Part shown: positions 20,504 to 31,244 of the stretch, piece by piece
How the letters are laid out: each line of letters opens with the position of its first letter
Position numbering within the stretch: the first letter of the stretch is position 1
Source of the DNA: an uncultured Bacteriovoracaceae bacterium
GTDB lineage: Bacteria; Bdellovibrionota; Bacteriovoracia; Bacteriovoracales; Bacteriovoracaceae
Direction: 5' to 3'
Assembly (NCBI GenBank): GCA_964012805.1
Contig: CAXGUD010000019.1
Span: 1 to 64,000 of the forward strand
DNA: 64,000 nt
The notes under the pieces: model-generated
Databases searched by the model: none
What the model saw: the letters and a program-made list of their open reading frames with translations, nothing else
Told to the model about the DNA's origin: nothing
Made by a program: the position numbers and the translations under genes

Positions 20504-22009
20504 ATGAAAAATAAAACTATTAAATTATTTAAACCCTTCTTCTTTTTATCCTTATTTTTTGCACTTACTTGCACTATTTATTCCAAAGAAAATAATTTAA
20601 GAAATTGTATGTTACTTCCGGTAGAAGATTCATTCAAAGATACTATATCATTCAAGGTTTTTTTAGAAATAGAGAATTATCTTAAAGAAAGCAACTGGTG
20701 CTATTATAAATATAATTCAGAGATTTTGAATATACTTGGGAATTATAAAAATAATCTGTCTACACATTTAAGAAATAAAAATGTCTTAAAATTAGTTTCT
20801 GATAAAACTAAATCAGGTTCTCTAATTAAAATTAATATTTTTAAAAAAAATAAAGGAGTTCGACTCAGATTAATAGTTTATGGAAGTAATGGGACTGATA
20901 TATTATTTGATGAAACTGAAGATACTAATGAATTAGATATTAATAAAATAAATCTTATATTAAAAAATTGGTTAAATTTATATTCAAAAGAAATCCCTTA
21001 TGATGGAAAGATTATTGGAGTTCTAGGTGATCAATTTACAATCGATATGGGAAATGAAATTGGTTTAATTGAAGGCAGTTTAGTGAAAATAATAAGACCA
21101 ACTATTAAAAGAAAACATCCACTTTTAAAAAGAATAGTAGATTGGGAAACAAAAGAAATTGGATCTGCAAAAATTTTTCTATCAAATGACTTATCCTCGC
21201 AAGGAAAAGTTTATGATTATGAACCTAAACAAAGGTTGAAAATTGGTGATTGGATAATTATAGATAAAAAAAAGGATTTTTCAAAAACAAGAATAGATAA
21301 CGATTTTAATATAAGACCAAAGAGAGAAAACTTCAACTTCGGTAGACTAGGACAATTTGGCATTTTATTAAGTTTTGGAGCTGGAAGTGGAACATCAAAC
21401 GAAAGCTCACAAAATCTTAAAAAGATTGGAGGGGCACTATTAGGTATAGACTCTAATTTGGAGTTATGGTTTACAAGAAATTTCTGGTTTGAACTTAATT
21501 ATGGAAAAAGCTTTGGTAGTTTTGAAAAGGAAGAAGGAAGTTTTTCGCCCATCACTTCTAATAGTTCGTTTAGTCAATTCAAATTAAAATTTGGCTATAA
21601 GTATTTACCTTTAGGATTTTATTATGGTCCTCAAATCGATGGTTACCTAGGGTTCGGAAATTATAGTTACTCTATTGATCATTTGCCTACGGTAGGTTTA
21701 ACTCCTGTTACTTCTTCTGGTTTTCTTATGGGGCTAAGAGGTAATATGCCTATTATTGAAGATTTGCGTGGATTTATTGCATTTGATTTTCTTTTAGGTT
21801 CAAGCTTCACTGAAGAAACTAGTTTAAATGGTAAAGTCAAATCATCTTCTCACTTTCATCTATCTATAGGTGGGGATTACAAATTTGCTAAAAATATAAA
21901 ATTATTAGCTGCATTCTCTATGGACTCAAGTAATGGTACCTATTCAGAAACTACGAACGCTAAATTTAAACAGAGCGCATTAAAATTTGGAGTAAATTTT
22001 AGCTTTTAG
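20504..22009 (+). CDS. Hypothetical exported protein with C-terminal outer-membrane beta-barrel
   Basis: Signal peptide, alternating aromatic/Gly strands, ends LKFGVNFSF; central IDMGNEIGL..G motif is FlgT-C-like. Confidence 0.7.
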   Translation: MKNKTIKLFKPFFFLSLFFALTCTIYSKENNLRNCMLLPVEDSFKDTISFKVFLEIENYLKESNWCYYKYNSEILNILGNYKNNLSTHLRNKNVLKLVSDKTKSGSLIKINIFKKNKGVRLRLIVYGSNGTDILFDETEDTNELDINKINLILKNWLNLYSKEIPYDGKIIGVLGDQFTIDMGNEIGLIEGSLVKIIRPTIKRKHPLLKRIVDWETKEIGSAKIFLSNDLSSQGKVYDYEPKQRLKIGDWIIIDKKKDFSKTRIDNDFNIRPKRENFNFGRLGQFGILLSFGAGSGTSNESSQNLKKIGGALLGIDSNLELWFTRNFWFELNYGKSFGSFEKEEGSFSPITSNSSFSQFKLKFGYKYLPLGFYYGPQIDGYLGFGNYSYSIDHLPTVGLTPVTSSGFLMGLRGNMPIIEDLRGFIAFDFLLGSSFTEETSLNGKVKSSSHFHLSIGGDYKFAKNIKLLAAFSMDSSNGTYSETTNAKFKQSALKFGVNFSF

Positions 22010-23499
22010 ACTTTGAATAGAGTCTTAATTGTTTCTTTCCATTCATTATGTTTCTTTTTGTAAAAAGAGGTATTTTCATCAATACCTTCAATAACTTTAT
22101 CTTTTTTCCAAAATAATTGAATATCATCTACTTTTATTAAGTTGTTCCCGATAGCCGAAGCTAAACCGGCACCATAAGCGGTTGTTTCTATAATTTTTGG
22201 CTTAAGAATCTTTAATTCAGAAATTGTTGCTTGAATTTCCATGAGTAGGTCATTATTTACAGCACCACCATCAACTTTAAGTTCTTTTAAATTCAGATTT
22301 GTATCATCTATCATTGCTTCTATTAAGTCTTGAATAGACAATGCTATTCCATCCAAGCACGCCCTTGCTATATGTGAATCTTGAGTATCTCTTGTCATTC
22401 CTAGTATTGCAGCTTTGGCATCTGATTTCCAATAAGGTGATCCTATCCCGGTAAAAAAAGGAAGGAAAAGAAGGTTTTCCATTTCTTCTAGCCTTGTAAC
22501 GTTCTTAGCTAATTTTTCTACATCGGGGCTGGTATTAATTATTTTTAATTGATCTCTTAGCCATCCAACTGCTGCACCAGCTATATAACAACTTCCTTCT
22601 AATGCATAAACGGTTTGGTTTTTATATCTAAAAGCAATAGTAGAAAGAAGTCCATTTTTAGAAAAGTGAATTTTTTCACCAGTGTTTAGAAGCATAAAAG
22701 CACCAGTACCATAAGTGCATTTAATATCGCCTTCTTTAATGCCTGCTTGTCCAAAAAGAGCCGCCTGTTGATCACCTAATATTCCTGTTATGGGAATTCC
22801 ATCCGGAAGAAATGACAAGTCTTTTGTTGTTCCAAAAAGGCTGAAAGAATCAACTATTTCGGGTAATGAATCATCAGATATTTCAAAAATTTCTAGAAGT
22901 TCTTCAGACCACTTTGTCGTTTTTAAATCCATTAATAAGGTTCTTGAAGCATTGGATGGTTCTGTTTTAAATGACTTTAGACCAGATAGCTTGTAAAGAA
23001 GAAAAGTATCTATTGTTCCAAATTTAAGATTTCCTTTTTCTCTGGCTTCTTCTATTCTTTTATTATTTTTCAAAAGCCAGTTCATCTTTGAGCCTGAAAA
23101 GTAAGGATCTAAAGTAAGGCCTGTCTTTTGTTTGAATTTTTCTTCAAGTCCTCTATTTTTTAATTCTTCACAGAAATGGAACGTTCTTCGGTCTTGCCAG
23201 ACGATAGCATTTGATAGGGGGACGCCATTATTGTCAAATGCGCATGTCGTTTCTCTCTGATTTGTAATACCTATGCAGGATATTGATTTGGTATCTACTT
23301 TATTTTTTTTTATCAGCTCTCCTACAGTCTCTTCTACAGTACTCCAAATATCGTTTAGGTTATGTTCAACAAGTCCTGGAGAGGGAAAAATTTGAGGAAA
23401 TTCTTTGTTTATTTTATCTATTACATCAAAAGATTCGGAATCTATTAAAAGGCTTGTGGTGCCAGTTGTCCCTTGATCAATAGAAATTATATAGTTCAT
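22006..23499 (-). CDS. glpK: Glycerol kinase
   Basis: IDQGTTGT, GITNQRETT, AIVWQDRRT, DPYFSGSK, GDQQAALFGQ, KVDGGA. Confidence 0.97.
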   Translation of the reverse strand: MNYIISIDQGTTGTTSLLIDSESFDVIDKINKEFPQIFPSPGLVEHNLNDIWSTVEETVGELIKKNKVDTKSISCIGITNQRETTCAFDNNGVPLSNAIVWQDRRTFHFCEELKNRGLEEKFKQKTGLTLDPYFSGSKMNWLLKNNKRIEEAREKGNLKFGTIDTFLLYKLSGLKSFKTEPSNASRTLLMDLKTTKWSEELLEIFEISDDSLPEIVDSFSLFGTTKDLSFLPDGIPITGILGDQQAALFGQAGIKEGDIKCTYGTGAFMLLNTGEKIHFSKNGLLSTIAFRYKNQTVYALEGSCYIAGAAVGWLRDQLKIINTSPDVEKLAKNVTRLEEMENLLFLPFFTGIGSPYWKSDAKAAILGMTRDTQDSHIARACLDGIALSIQDLIEAMIDDTNLNLKELKVDGGAVNNDLLMEIQATISELKILKPKIIETTAYGAGLASAIGNNLIKVDDIQLFWKKDKVIEGIDENTSFYKKKHNEWKETIKTLFKV

Positions 23500-23561
23500 G
23501 TAAATTTCTCCAGCTAGTTTAATTTCCTTTATCTTATAAAAAGGTTAACTAAAAAAAAACA

Positions 23562-23786
23562 TTAAAGAAGTATTATATCAGTTGAAGTTGGCTTGGAAAT
23601 TAGTTTTATGAGGGCTTCCCACCTGTTACCTATTCCAGTATTAAATAGTTTGATACAAGCTAAGGAAAGAATTACGATTGTTAAAAGAAGGAGGATAAAC
23701 TCAATAAGTGTCTGTCCTCTTTTGTCTAGGAGGGCTTCGGAGATAGGGTTGCTTTTTTTGCTATGCGTTTTTTTTGAAAAATTTAT
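23562..23786 (-). CDS. Flp/TadE-like type IV prepilin (not in ORF track; probable ATA start)
   Basis: Own translation ..LLDKRG|QTLIEFILLLLTIVILSLACIKLFNTGIGNRWEALIKLISKPTSTDIILL*; G-1/E+5 plus hydrophobic helix; no ATG/GTG/TTG in frame; AAGGA upstream of ATA at 23786. Confidence 0.7.
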   Translation of the reverse strand: MNFSKKTHSKKSNPISEALLDKRGQTLIEFILLLLTIVILSLACIKLFNTGIGNRWEALIKLISKPTSTDIILL

Positions 23787-23853
23787 TGCTTGTTTCCTTA
23801 TAACTTTGTATTTAATGATTATAGTTTAGACCAATCTTCCTTTTAGGGATTCA

Positions 23854-24405
23854 ATGAAGAAATATTTTCCAATCCTTATTTTTCTTTTAGTTTTTTTTAT
23901 GTTCCTAGGTGGACAGGTTTCTTATGATTTAGCTTATTCAAAAAAAGGTTCCTTGAGCGATGACTCCTACCTTCATTACCAAAAGCTATTTGATGAATTT
24001 GACTTCGATTCCATATCAGGGCATAGGGTCGAATTGATAAATATAAAAGCCCCAATTGTCATTTTAAACTTTTGGGCTTCGTGGTGTTTACCATGTATTG
24101 AAGAACTTCCTTCCTTAGTTGCCCTCAGAAAATTATATTCAGAACAAGAGGTTTTTATACTTGGGGTCAACTCAGACCAAGACAATCAATACTTCAAAAT
24201 AAAGAAAATAGTAAGGAAGCTAAAGCTAAACTTTCCTCAAGTTGCAGATTCTACAGGAGAAATTTTAGCAAACTTTAATGTTGAAGCCCTTCCACTAACT
24301 CTATTTTTTTATAGAGGAAAAGTTTTAAAAGTAAACTATGGAGCAATTGATTTTATGTCTAAGCCCATCCTCAGTAAATTAGAAGGGATTTTGGAAAATG
24401 GTTAA
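23854..24405 (+). CDS. TlpA/ResA family membrane-anchored thioredoxin
   Basis: N-terminal TM, LNFWASWCLPCIEELPSL, FNVEALP. Confidence 0.92.
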   Translation: MKKYFPILIFLLVFFMFLGGQVSYDLAYSKKGSLSDDSYLHYQKLFDEFDFDSISGHRVELINIKAPIVILNFWASWCLPCIEELPSLVALRKLYSEQEVFILGVNSDQDNQYFKIKKIVRKLKLNFPQVADSTGEILANFNVEALPLTLFFYRGKVLKVNYGAIDFMSKPILSKLEGILENG

Positions 24406-25640
24406 ATTTCAGTTGTAATTGTTCCTGAGGAAAGTTGACGCCCCCAGTTGTAAGTAATCGAGTTAATATTTGATACATCGAACATTGTAAATCTTGGTCT
24501 TAAGCTTTGAACTATAGCTCCTTGGTTTTTAAGGCCAAGTGCGTGTGCGGCATTTAGCGTAATAGAAGACCAAAGTTCTGCCATATTCATTTGGTAGGCA
24601 GGAGCGGCGAGTGATGCAACAAGTATTACGTTATCACAATGGCAAGAACCTGGGTTATAATCTGAGGCGATGGCTACTTTCGCGCCTTGGTCTAGGAAGC
24701 GTCTAGCATTAGCTTGTGGTTTACCCAAAAAGAAGCCTGTACCAGGTAAAAGCGTTGCAACGGTATTAGAATCCGCCAACGCTTTAATTCCATCTTGCCC
24801 AGTTTGTAAAAGGTGATCAGTGCTTAAAGCATCGTATTTAGAAGCTAGAAGAGCGCCTTGGTTGTCAAAAAACTCATCAGCATGACTTTTTCTATTTATT
24901 CCTAAAGACTGAGCTTTTTTAAAAAGCAGCTTCGTATCTTCTTGGTCAAAGTAATTTTTTTCATGAAAAATATCAACAGCATCTACAATATTTTTATCTG
25001 ATAACTCTTCTAAAAGTGGAATAACTACAGCATCCATAAATTCCTTAGAGTTTTTGTACTCTTTTGGGACGGCATGAGCTGCCATATAGGTATTTTTAAT
25101 TTGAATTCTTGGATAAAAATGCTTTTTAAGTTTATCTATAACTTTGGTAAGCTCCAACTCTTTTGAATAAGTTAAGCCATAGCCACTTTTGATTTCAATA
25201 GTTCCTATGCCATAAGAATGTATTCTATTTATTCTTTCAACACTAATATCAAAAAGCTCCTCGCTTGATAGTATTTGGGTGCCTCTCATGGTATTTAAAA
25301 TCCCACCGCCTGACTTTGCGATTTCTTGATAATCAGCACCATTTAGTCTCATGGAATATTCATCAGCTCTATCCCCTCCAAAAATAAGGTGTGTATGAGA
25401 ATCAACGATTTCTGGAGTAAGAACTTTTCCATCAAAATAGGAGTGTTCTGCTGTTTCTTCATATTTTTTTGGAAAATCTTTTTCCAAGCCGACCCATAAA
25501 ATTTCGGTGGGTGAACAAACCACACTTGCTTTTTGAAGTACATTCATATCCTCGGGTTTAAGACTCCTACCATCTTTTTTGTATGAGCCCTCTAAGGTAA
25601 GGATTTGATCAAAGTTTCTAAAAGCTTTTAGTGACTTCAT
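24402..25640 (-). CDS. hutI: Imidazolonepropionase
   Basis: DSHTHLIFGGDRADEY, GGGILNT, EIKSGYGL, HADEF, ASDYNPGS; start moved to MKSLKAF (25640). Confidence 0.96.
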   Translation of the reverse strand: MKSLKAFRNFDQILTLEGSYKKDGRSLKPEDMNVLQKASVVCSPTEILWVGLEKDFPKKYEETAEHSYFDGKVLTPEIVDSHTHLIFGGDRADEYSMRLNGADYQEIAKSGGGILNTMRGTQILSSEELFDISVERINRIHSYGIGTIEIKSGYGLTYSKELELTKVIDKLKKHFYPRIQIKNTYMAAHAVPKEYKNSKEFMDAVVIPLLEELSDKNIVDAVDIFHEKNYFDQEDTKLLFKKAQSLGINRKSHADEFFDNQGALLASKYDALSTDHLLQTGQDGIKALADSNTVATLLPGTGFFLGKPQANARRFLDQGAKVAIASDYNPGSCHCDNVILVASLAAPAYQMNMAELWSSITLNAAHALGLKNQGAIVQSLRPRFTMFDVSNINSITYNWGRQLSSGTITTEI

Positions 25641-25656
25641 TTTTGTTTTTCCTGAC

Positions 25657-27321
25657 TTAATCCCATTCAGAAGGAAACTCCATATTTGTTTTTGTTGATT
25701 CCTCTTTGGCCAGTTCATAACCTGCATCCAGATGTCTAATTATGCCCATCCCAGGGTCTGAATTTAGAACCCTTGAAAGTCTTTTATCCATATCTTCAGA
25801 ACCGTCTGCTAGAATAACCATACCAGCGTGTTGAGAGAATCCCATTCCAACACCTCCACCATGATGGAAACTAGTCCAGGAGGCACCGTTCATCGTATTT
25901 ATCATCAGGTTAAGCAATGGCCAGTCTGAAACTGCGTCTGTTCCATCTTTCATGGATTCTGTTTCCCTGTTTGGAGAAGCAACTGATCCACAATCAAGGT
26001 GATCTCTTCCAATTACAATAGGAGCTTTAACTTTCTTTTCTCTCACTAGCTTATTGAAAAGAAGACCTGCTTTCTCTCTTTCTCCGTATTTTAGCCAACA
26101 TATTCTTGAAGGTAAGCCTTGGAATTGGATCATATTTTGAGCTTTATCAAGCCAATTAATAAGCTTTGAATTTTCTGGAAATAATTCTTTCAAAGCCTCA
26201 TCTGTGACTTTTATGTCTTCAGGATCTCCACTTAAGGCAACCCAGCGAAAAGGGCCGGAACCTTGGCAAAAAAGAGGCCTAATATAGGCAGGTACAAAAC
26301 CTGGAAAGTTAAAGGCATTATTAACACCTACCCTTTCAGCACCAGCTCTTAAGTTATTTCCGTAATCAAAAACATGCGAACCTCTTTTTTGAAACTCTAG
26401 CATCGCTTTTACGTGATCACCCATCGTCTCATAACTTTTCTTAGTGTATTCTTCAGGGTTGTTTTTTCTAAGGTCTAAAGCTTCATTTATTTTCATGCCT
26501 CTTGGGACGTAGCCTTCAAGTGGGTCATGAGCTGACGTTTGGTCTGTAACGAGGTCAGGAGTTATACCCTTTTCAAGAATGAACTCAAAAAAGTCAGCAG
26601 CATTACCTAAAACACCTATTGAGATTGCTTTTCCTTCTTCCTTAAACTTTAATCCCTGCTCTAGGGCCTCTTCAAAAGTGTTAACTTTAATGTCGAGATA
26701 ACCTGTTTCGATTCTTTTATCGATTCTTTTTTCTTCAACATCACATCCTATAAAAACTCCGTTGGCCATTTTTACAGCTAATGGTTGCGCTCCACCCATG
26801 CCACCTATTCCTGCGGTTAAAACAAGCTTTTTTCTTAAGTCACTGCCAACGCCGTAATGTTTTTCAGCAGCGGCCATAAATGTTTCGTAAGTTCCTTGCA
26901 GTATCCCTTGAGAGCCTATGTAGATCCAAGATCCCGCTGTCATTTGTCCATACATAAATTTGTCTTGATCACGGAGAAGTTTAAAATGATCCCAGTTAGA
27001 CCAATTTGGAACAAGGTTGGAGTTGGCAATAAGGACTCTTGGGCCGTGTTCGTGGCTAGGAATAATGGCTACTGGTTTTCCAGATTGAATTAAGAGGGTC
27101 TGGTTATTTTCTAATTTTTTTAAAGCCTGAATTATATTTCGAAGGGCTTTGTGGTTTCTAGCAGCTTTCCCATTTCCTCCATAGACAATGAGGCTATCTC
27201 TATCTTCAGCTACATCTGGATGAAGGTTATTTAAAAGGCATCTAAGAGCTGCTTCTTGGTGCCAACCTTTACAGTTAAGTTCAGTACCTGTTGGTGGGAG
27301 GGGAATTTGATTTGATTTCAT
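25657..27321 (-). CDS. hutU: Urocanate hydratase
   Basis: [51 protein letters not shown]. Confidence 0.98.
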   Translation of the reverse strand: MKSNQIPLPPTGTELNCKGWHQEAALRCLLNNLHPDVAEDRDSLIVYGGNGKAARNHKALRNIIQALKKLENNQTLLIQSGKPVAIIPSHEHGPRVLIANSNLVPNWSNWDHFKLLRDQDKFMYGQMTAGSWIYIGSQGILQGTYETFMAAAEKHYGVGSDLRKKLVLTAGIGGMGGAQPLAVKMANGVFIGCDVEEKRIDKRIETGYLDIKVNTFEEALEQGLKFKEEGKAISIGVLGNAADFFEFILEKGITPDLVTDQTSAHDPLEGYVPRGMKINEALDLRKNNPEEYTKKSYETMGDHVKAMLEFQKRGSHVFDYGNNLRAGAERVGVNNAFNFPGFVPAYIRPLFCQGSGPFRWVALSGDPEDIKVTDEALKELFPENSKLINWLDKAQNMIQFQGLPSRICWLKYGEREKAGLLFNKLVREKKVKAPIVIGRDHLDCGSVASPNRETESMKDGTDAVSDWPLLNLMINTMNGASWTSFHHGGGVGMGFSQHAGMVILADGSEDMDKRLSRVLNSDPGMGIIRHLDAGYELAKEESTKTNMEFPSEWD

Positions 27322-28877
27322 TACTTTAATTCTCCTATATTATTTTCAACTGCTTCAATTATATTATTCTTTTCAACTAGTTCTAAGATATTTTTAATAT
27401 CATCATAAAATACACGATCTTCCTCGATAGGAGGAACGACTTTACGAACTAAATCATATACACTTTCTAGACATGGTGTTGATTTGTATGGTCTTTGAAA
27501 TTCAAGGGCTTGAGTGTTACAAAGAATCTCAATGGCAAGGCATGCTTTGACATTCTCTAGGACTTTCCAAAGTTTAAGGCCTGCTGTGACTCCCATAGAG
27601 ACATGATCTTCTTTATCTGTAGAAGTGGGTATACTATCAACACTGGCTGGGTGGCAAAAGACCTTATTTTCTGAGGTTAAAGCAGCTGCGCTAACATGTG
27701 CAATCATAAGGCCACTATTTAAACCGGAGTTTTTTGTTAGGAAAGCTGGCAACTCTGAAAAGCTAGGGTTCATCATCTTTTCCACCCTTCTTTCCGAGAT
27801 GTTGCAAATTTCTGCTAAACCAATCGCTAAATAGTCCATACAGAAGGAAAGAGCTTGCCCATGGAAATTACCCCCTGAAATAACTTTGTCTTTGTCGCAG
27901 AAAATTAGGGGATTATCTGTTATGGAGTTCAACTCTGTTTGAACGACCTCCTCTGCATGTCTAATTGTTTGTCTAATTGCTCCATGTACTTGAGGAGCGC
28001 ATCTTAGAGAATAAGGGTCTTGAACTCTCTCACAATCTGAGTGAGAGACCATTAGCTCTGAATCTTTTAAAAGTTTTTCAAGGTTTGCTGCACTTTCTTT
28101 TTGACCAAGGTGTGGCTTAAGGCTTGAAATATCTAAGTCAAAAGCTTTAGACGTTCCTCTTATTCCATCTACAGTTAAAGCACATGCAATATCTGAAAGT
28201 TTGATTAAGTTTTTTGACTCGTAGACCGCCATTGCACCTAGTGCAGCCATAATAGCAGTGCCATTTATTAGGGCAAGCCCATCTTTAGGTCCAAGAACTG
28301 CAGGTCTTAAGTTAACCTCTTTTAAAACTTCAGAAGACTTTCTTTTTTGACCTTTGTAAATAACTTCTCCTTCACCTATAAGTGCTAATGCTAAGTGAGC
28401 TAGAGGAGCTAAGTCACCGGAAGCTCCTACTGATCCCTTTTGAGGAATAATTGGAACAATACCATGGTTTATAAAGTCTTTTAGCAGATTAACTATTTCT
28501 GGGTTTATTCCAGAAAAGCCTGAGCAGAGGCAATTTGTTCTAAGAATCATAATTGCTCTTACAAATTTTTCAGAAAAGGGTTCGCCAATCCCTGTGCAAT
28601 GAGATCTTATTAGGTTTACTTGGAGGGTAGCAAGATCTTCTTCAGGGATAAACTTGCTTGATAAAGCTCCAAAGCCTGTATTGATTCCATATACAGGCTT
28701 ACCTTTTTTTACAACTTCATGAACGTACTTTCTAGATCGGGCCATTTTCTCTTGTGCGAGATCTGAGATTTCAATTTTCACTTCAGTATGAGGAGAAAGA
28801 CTTGCTTCATATAAACTTTTAATTGTAAGGTTTTCACCAGTTAATATAAGTTCTTTATTTTGTTTTGAATTTCCCAT
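27321..28877 (-). CDS. hutH: Histidine ammonia-lyase
   Basis: [22 protein letters not shown] (MIO-forming ASG), [15 protein letters not shown]. Confidence 0.97.
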   Translation of the reverse strand: MGNSKQNKELILTGENLTIKSLYEASLSPHTEVKIEISDLAQEKMARSRKYVHEVVKKGKPVYGINTGFGALSSKFIPEEDLATLQVNLIRSHCTGIGEPFSEKFVRAIMILRTNCLCSGFSGINPEIVNLLKDFINHGIVPIIPQKGSVGASGDLAPLAHLALALIGEGEVIYKGQKRKSSEVLKEVNLRPAVLGPKDGLALINGTAIMAALGAMAVYESKNLIKLSDIACALTVDGIRGTSKAFDLDISSLKPHLGQKESAANLEKLLKDSELMVSHSDCERVQDPYSLRCAPQVHGAIRQTIRHAEEVVQTELNSITDNPLIFCDKDKVISGGNFHGQALSFCMDYLAIGLAEICNISERRVEKMMNPSFSELPAFLTKNSGLNSGLMIAHVSAAALTSENKVFCHPASVDSIPTSTDKEDHVSMGVTAGLKLWKVLENVKACLAIEILCNTQALEFQRPYKSTPCLESVYDLVRKVVPPIEEDRVFYDDIKNILELVEKNNIIEAVENNIGELK

Positions 28878-28893
28878 TTTATTGACCTTTTTC

Positions 28894-29550
28894 TTACGAC
28901 CTTAGTGAAGCAACTTTTGCAGGATAATCTTCCCTTGGATTTTTAAATATATAAGAGCCAGCAACAAGATTGTTTGCACCCTTTTGAATGAGTAAGGGCG
29001 CATTTTGTTGATTAATACCACCGTCAACTTGAATCATATAATTAAAACCTTTTTTAGTTTTTAAATCATTAAAAAATTTAACTTTTTCAAAAGAGTCCTC
29101 CATAAATTTTTGGCCACCAAAGCCAGGCTCAACAGACATGATTAAGATAAGATCCAAACTTTTTAGGATATCATCTGTAAGGTAGCTTACTGTAGAGTTT
29201 GGTTTGAGAGAAATTCCTACACTTGGGAAGTTCTCTTTGGCTTTCTCTATGAGGTAAGAAGTATCTTTAGCGGCTTCGAAATGGAAGGTAAAATTATGAA
29301 GGTTAAACCCCTTAAAAGTCTCTATATAAAACTCGGGATTATTAACCATTAAATGAGCATCAAGAGGATAATCGGAGACTTTACTTATCTTTTCAATAAT
29401 AGGATGACCAAATGTTAAATTAGGGACAAAGTGTCCATCCATAATATCCAAATGGAACCATAAATCTTTCTGATTAGGGAATGATTTAATTTCTTTTTCA
29501 ATATTGAGAAAGTCACACGCTAAAAGGCTTGGTGAAATTATAGTGTTCAT
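28894..29550 (-). CDS. rpe: Ribulose-phosphate 3-epimerase
   Basis: ISPSLL, HLDIMDGHFVPNLTFG, MSVEPGFGGQKF, VDGGI. Confidence 0.97.
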   Translation of the reverse strand: MNTIISPSLLACDFLNIEKEIKSFPNQKDLWFHLDIMDGHFVPNLTFGHPIIEKISKVSDYPLDAHLMVNNPEFYIETFKGFNLHNFTFHFEAAKDTSYLIEKAKENFPSVGISLKPNSTVSYLTDDILKSLDLILIMSVEPGFGGQKFMEDSFEKVKFFNDLKTKKGFNYMIQVDGGINQQNAPLLIQKGANNLVAGSYIFKNPREDYPAKVASLRS

Positions 29551-29554
29551 TGTT

Positions 29555-30514
29555 TTAGACCTCTTCTCTTTTTGGGTTCACTTCAATGGATTCTTTTGAA
29601 TTTTTTAATCCATTTAGAAGGTCAATGTCTGAGCTGCGTTTTTTTCCCTCTAGCTGAATTTCTGAGAGCCTCAAAGTTGCATCTAAGCAACCAATTAAAA
29701 GCTCGTTTGAGTCTATTTGAGTTTGACCAGGAGAAATGGTTTCTTGACTTTGCTTTATTGAGAATATTTTAAGCCTTTTTTTACCTAGAAAGCAGTAAGT
29801 TCCTGGCCAAGGGTCAAAAGCCTTCATTTTATTTTTTATTTCAGCAAATCTCATTTTTGAAAAATCAATATGACCATCTTCTCTTTTTAAAGAAGGAGCA
29901 AAGGAAACTTTGGATTCATCTTGGCTTATATAAGTAAGAGTATTATTAATTAGGTTATTTAAAAAAGTGTTGGTTGATAATGCAGCTTGGAACTTTAACC
30001 TTGTATAGAGTTGACCAAAGTTTTCATTTTTTGAAATCGCAATTTCATTAGAAAGAGCAACGTCTCCAGCATCCATTTTTTTTACCATTTTTTGTATAGA
30101 GACACCTGTAATACTGTCTCCATTTAATAGTGCGTGCTGAATGGGAGCAGCCCCTCGATAGGAGGGAAGCAGGGATGTATGAATATTAAAACAACCATTT
30201 TTAGGAATATTTAATACCTTACTTCCTAGAAACTGGGCAAAGGCAAGGACAATAATAGCATCGAGCTTTTTATTTTGGTAAAAGATGTGAGTACTCTCCT
30301 CCTTATTAATATTCTCAGTTTGGAGGAGTGGAATTTTATTGGCTTTAGCAAATTCAGCAACTGGAGGACTTTGAAATTTTTGTCCTCTTCCAGACTTTCT
30401 ATCTGGCATCGAAACTACTTGAACGAGATCTACTTGCGGATGATTGTGAAGCATCTCTATTGTTGGCACTGCAAAATCAGGTGTGCCAAAAAAGGCTATT
30501 TTAAGCTTTTCCAT
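29555..30514 (-). CDS. fmt: Methionyl-tRNA formyltransferase
   Basis: FFGTPDFA, NIHTSLLPSYRGAAPIQ, MDAGD, DPWPG. Confidence 0.97.
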   Translation of the reverse strand: MEKLKIAFFGTPDFAVPTIEMLHNHPQVDLVQVVSMPDRKSGRGQKFQSPPVAEFAKANKIPLLQTENINKEESTHIFYQNKKLDAIIVLAFAQFLGSKVLNIPKNGCFNIHTSLLPSYRGAAPIQHALLNGDSITGVSIQKMVKKMDAGDVALSNEIAISKNENFGQLYTRLKFQAALSTNTFLNNLINNTLTYISQDESKVSFAPSLKREDGHIDFSKMRFAEIKNKMKAFDPWPGTYCFLGKKRLKIFSIKQSQETISPGQTQIDSNELLIGCLDATLRLSEIQLEGKKRSSDIDLLNGLKNSKESIEVNPKREEV

Positions 30515-30545
30515 ATTAAAAGGCCTTATAGTTAAAAGGTTAAGC

Positions 30546-31175
30546 TCAAGAATGAGAAGAGTTTTTCTTCCTTTTTTGCCCTTTGAGGTACTTTTTGGTC
30601 AAGAAGTTTCTTTTGATAAAGCTAAGTCTTTCTAAAAAAACTACGCCATCAAGGTGGTCATTTTCATGTTGAATGCAGACAGAAAGAAGCTCAGTGGCAT
30701 CCATTGTCTGACTTTGACCTTCAACATCTTGGAATTCAACAGAGATTTTTTCAAATCTTTTAACTTCTTCGTAAAGACCAGGAAGACTAAGACATCCTTC
30801 CTCGTAGGTCATTTCACCTTCTTTACTCTTTATGACTGGGTTTATGAAGATTAAAGGATTAAGGTTTTCATATGTATAACTTTTTTCTGATGAAGGTCCA
30901 ATAGATTCTGCTCTATTATAATCCACATCTAAAACAAATATTCTTAAAGGTTTGCCTACTTGTGGAGCAGCTAAACCTATGCCAGGTGTTTGATACATAG
31001 TGTATAACATGTTTTGGCAGAGCTTTTTGATTGTTTCGTCAAATACCTTAACTGGCTTTGCAACCTTTTTAAGAATTGGTGATGGGTAAGTAATTATAGG
31101 AAGCAATTCACCCTTTTCGTGCGAATAAATTTCTCTTTTCGTTTCTAATTCCATAAGTAGCTTCTTAACATGCAT
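30546..31175 (-). CDS. def: Peptide deformylase
   Basis: GIGLAAPQVG, EGCLSLP, QHENDHLDG. Confidence 0.97.
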   Translation of the reverse strand: MHVKKLLMELETKREIYSHEKGELLPIITYPSPILKKVAKPVKVFDETIKKLCQNMLYTMYQTPGIGLAAPQVGKPLRIFVLDVDYNRAESIGPSSEKSYTYENLNPLIFINPVIKSKEGEMTYEEGCLSLPGLYEEVKRFEKISVEFQDVEGQSQTMDATELLSVCIQHENDHLDGVVFLERLSFIKRNFLTKKYLKGQKRKKNSSHS

Positions 31176-31244
31176 ATTCTAATGTGGTCTAGTCTATTTA
31201 GGCTTACTCTAAATCTTTACAGGATATTTTTAAATAAATTTAGT

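Noticed and set aside
23593..23829. 78-aa plus-strand ORF
   Set aside because: Shadow of the minus-strand prepilin, which has a clear motif
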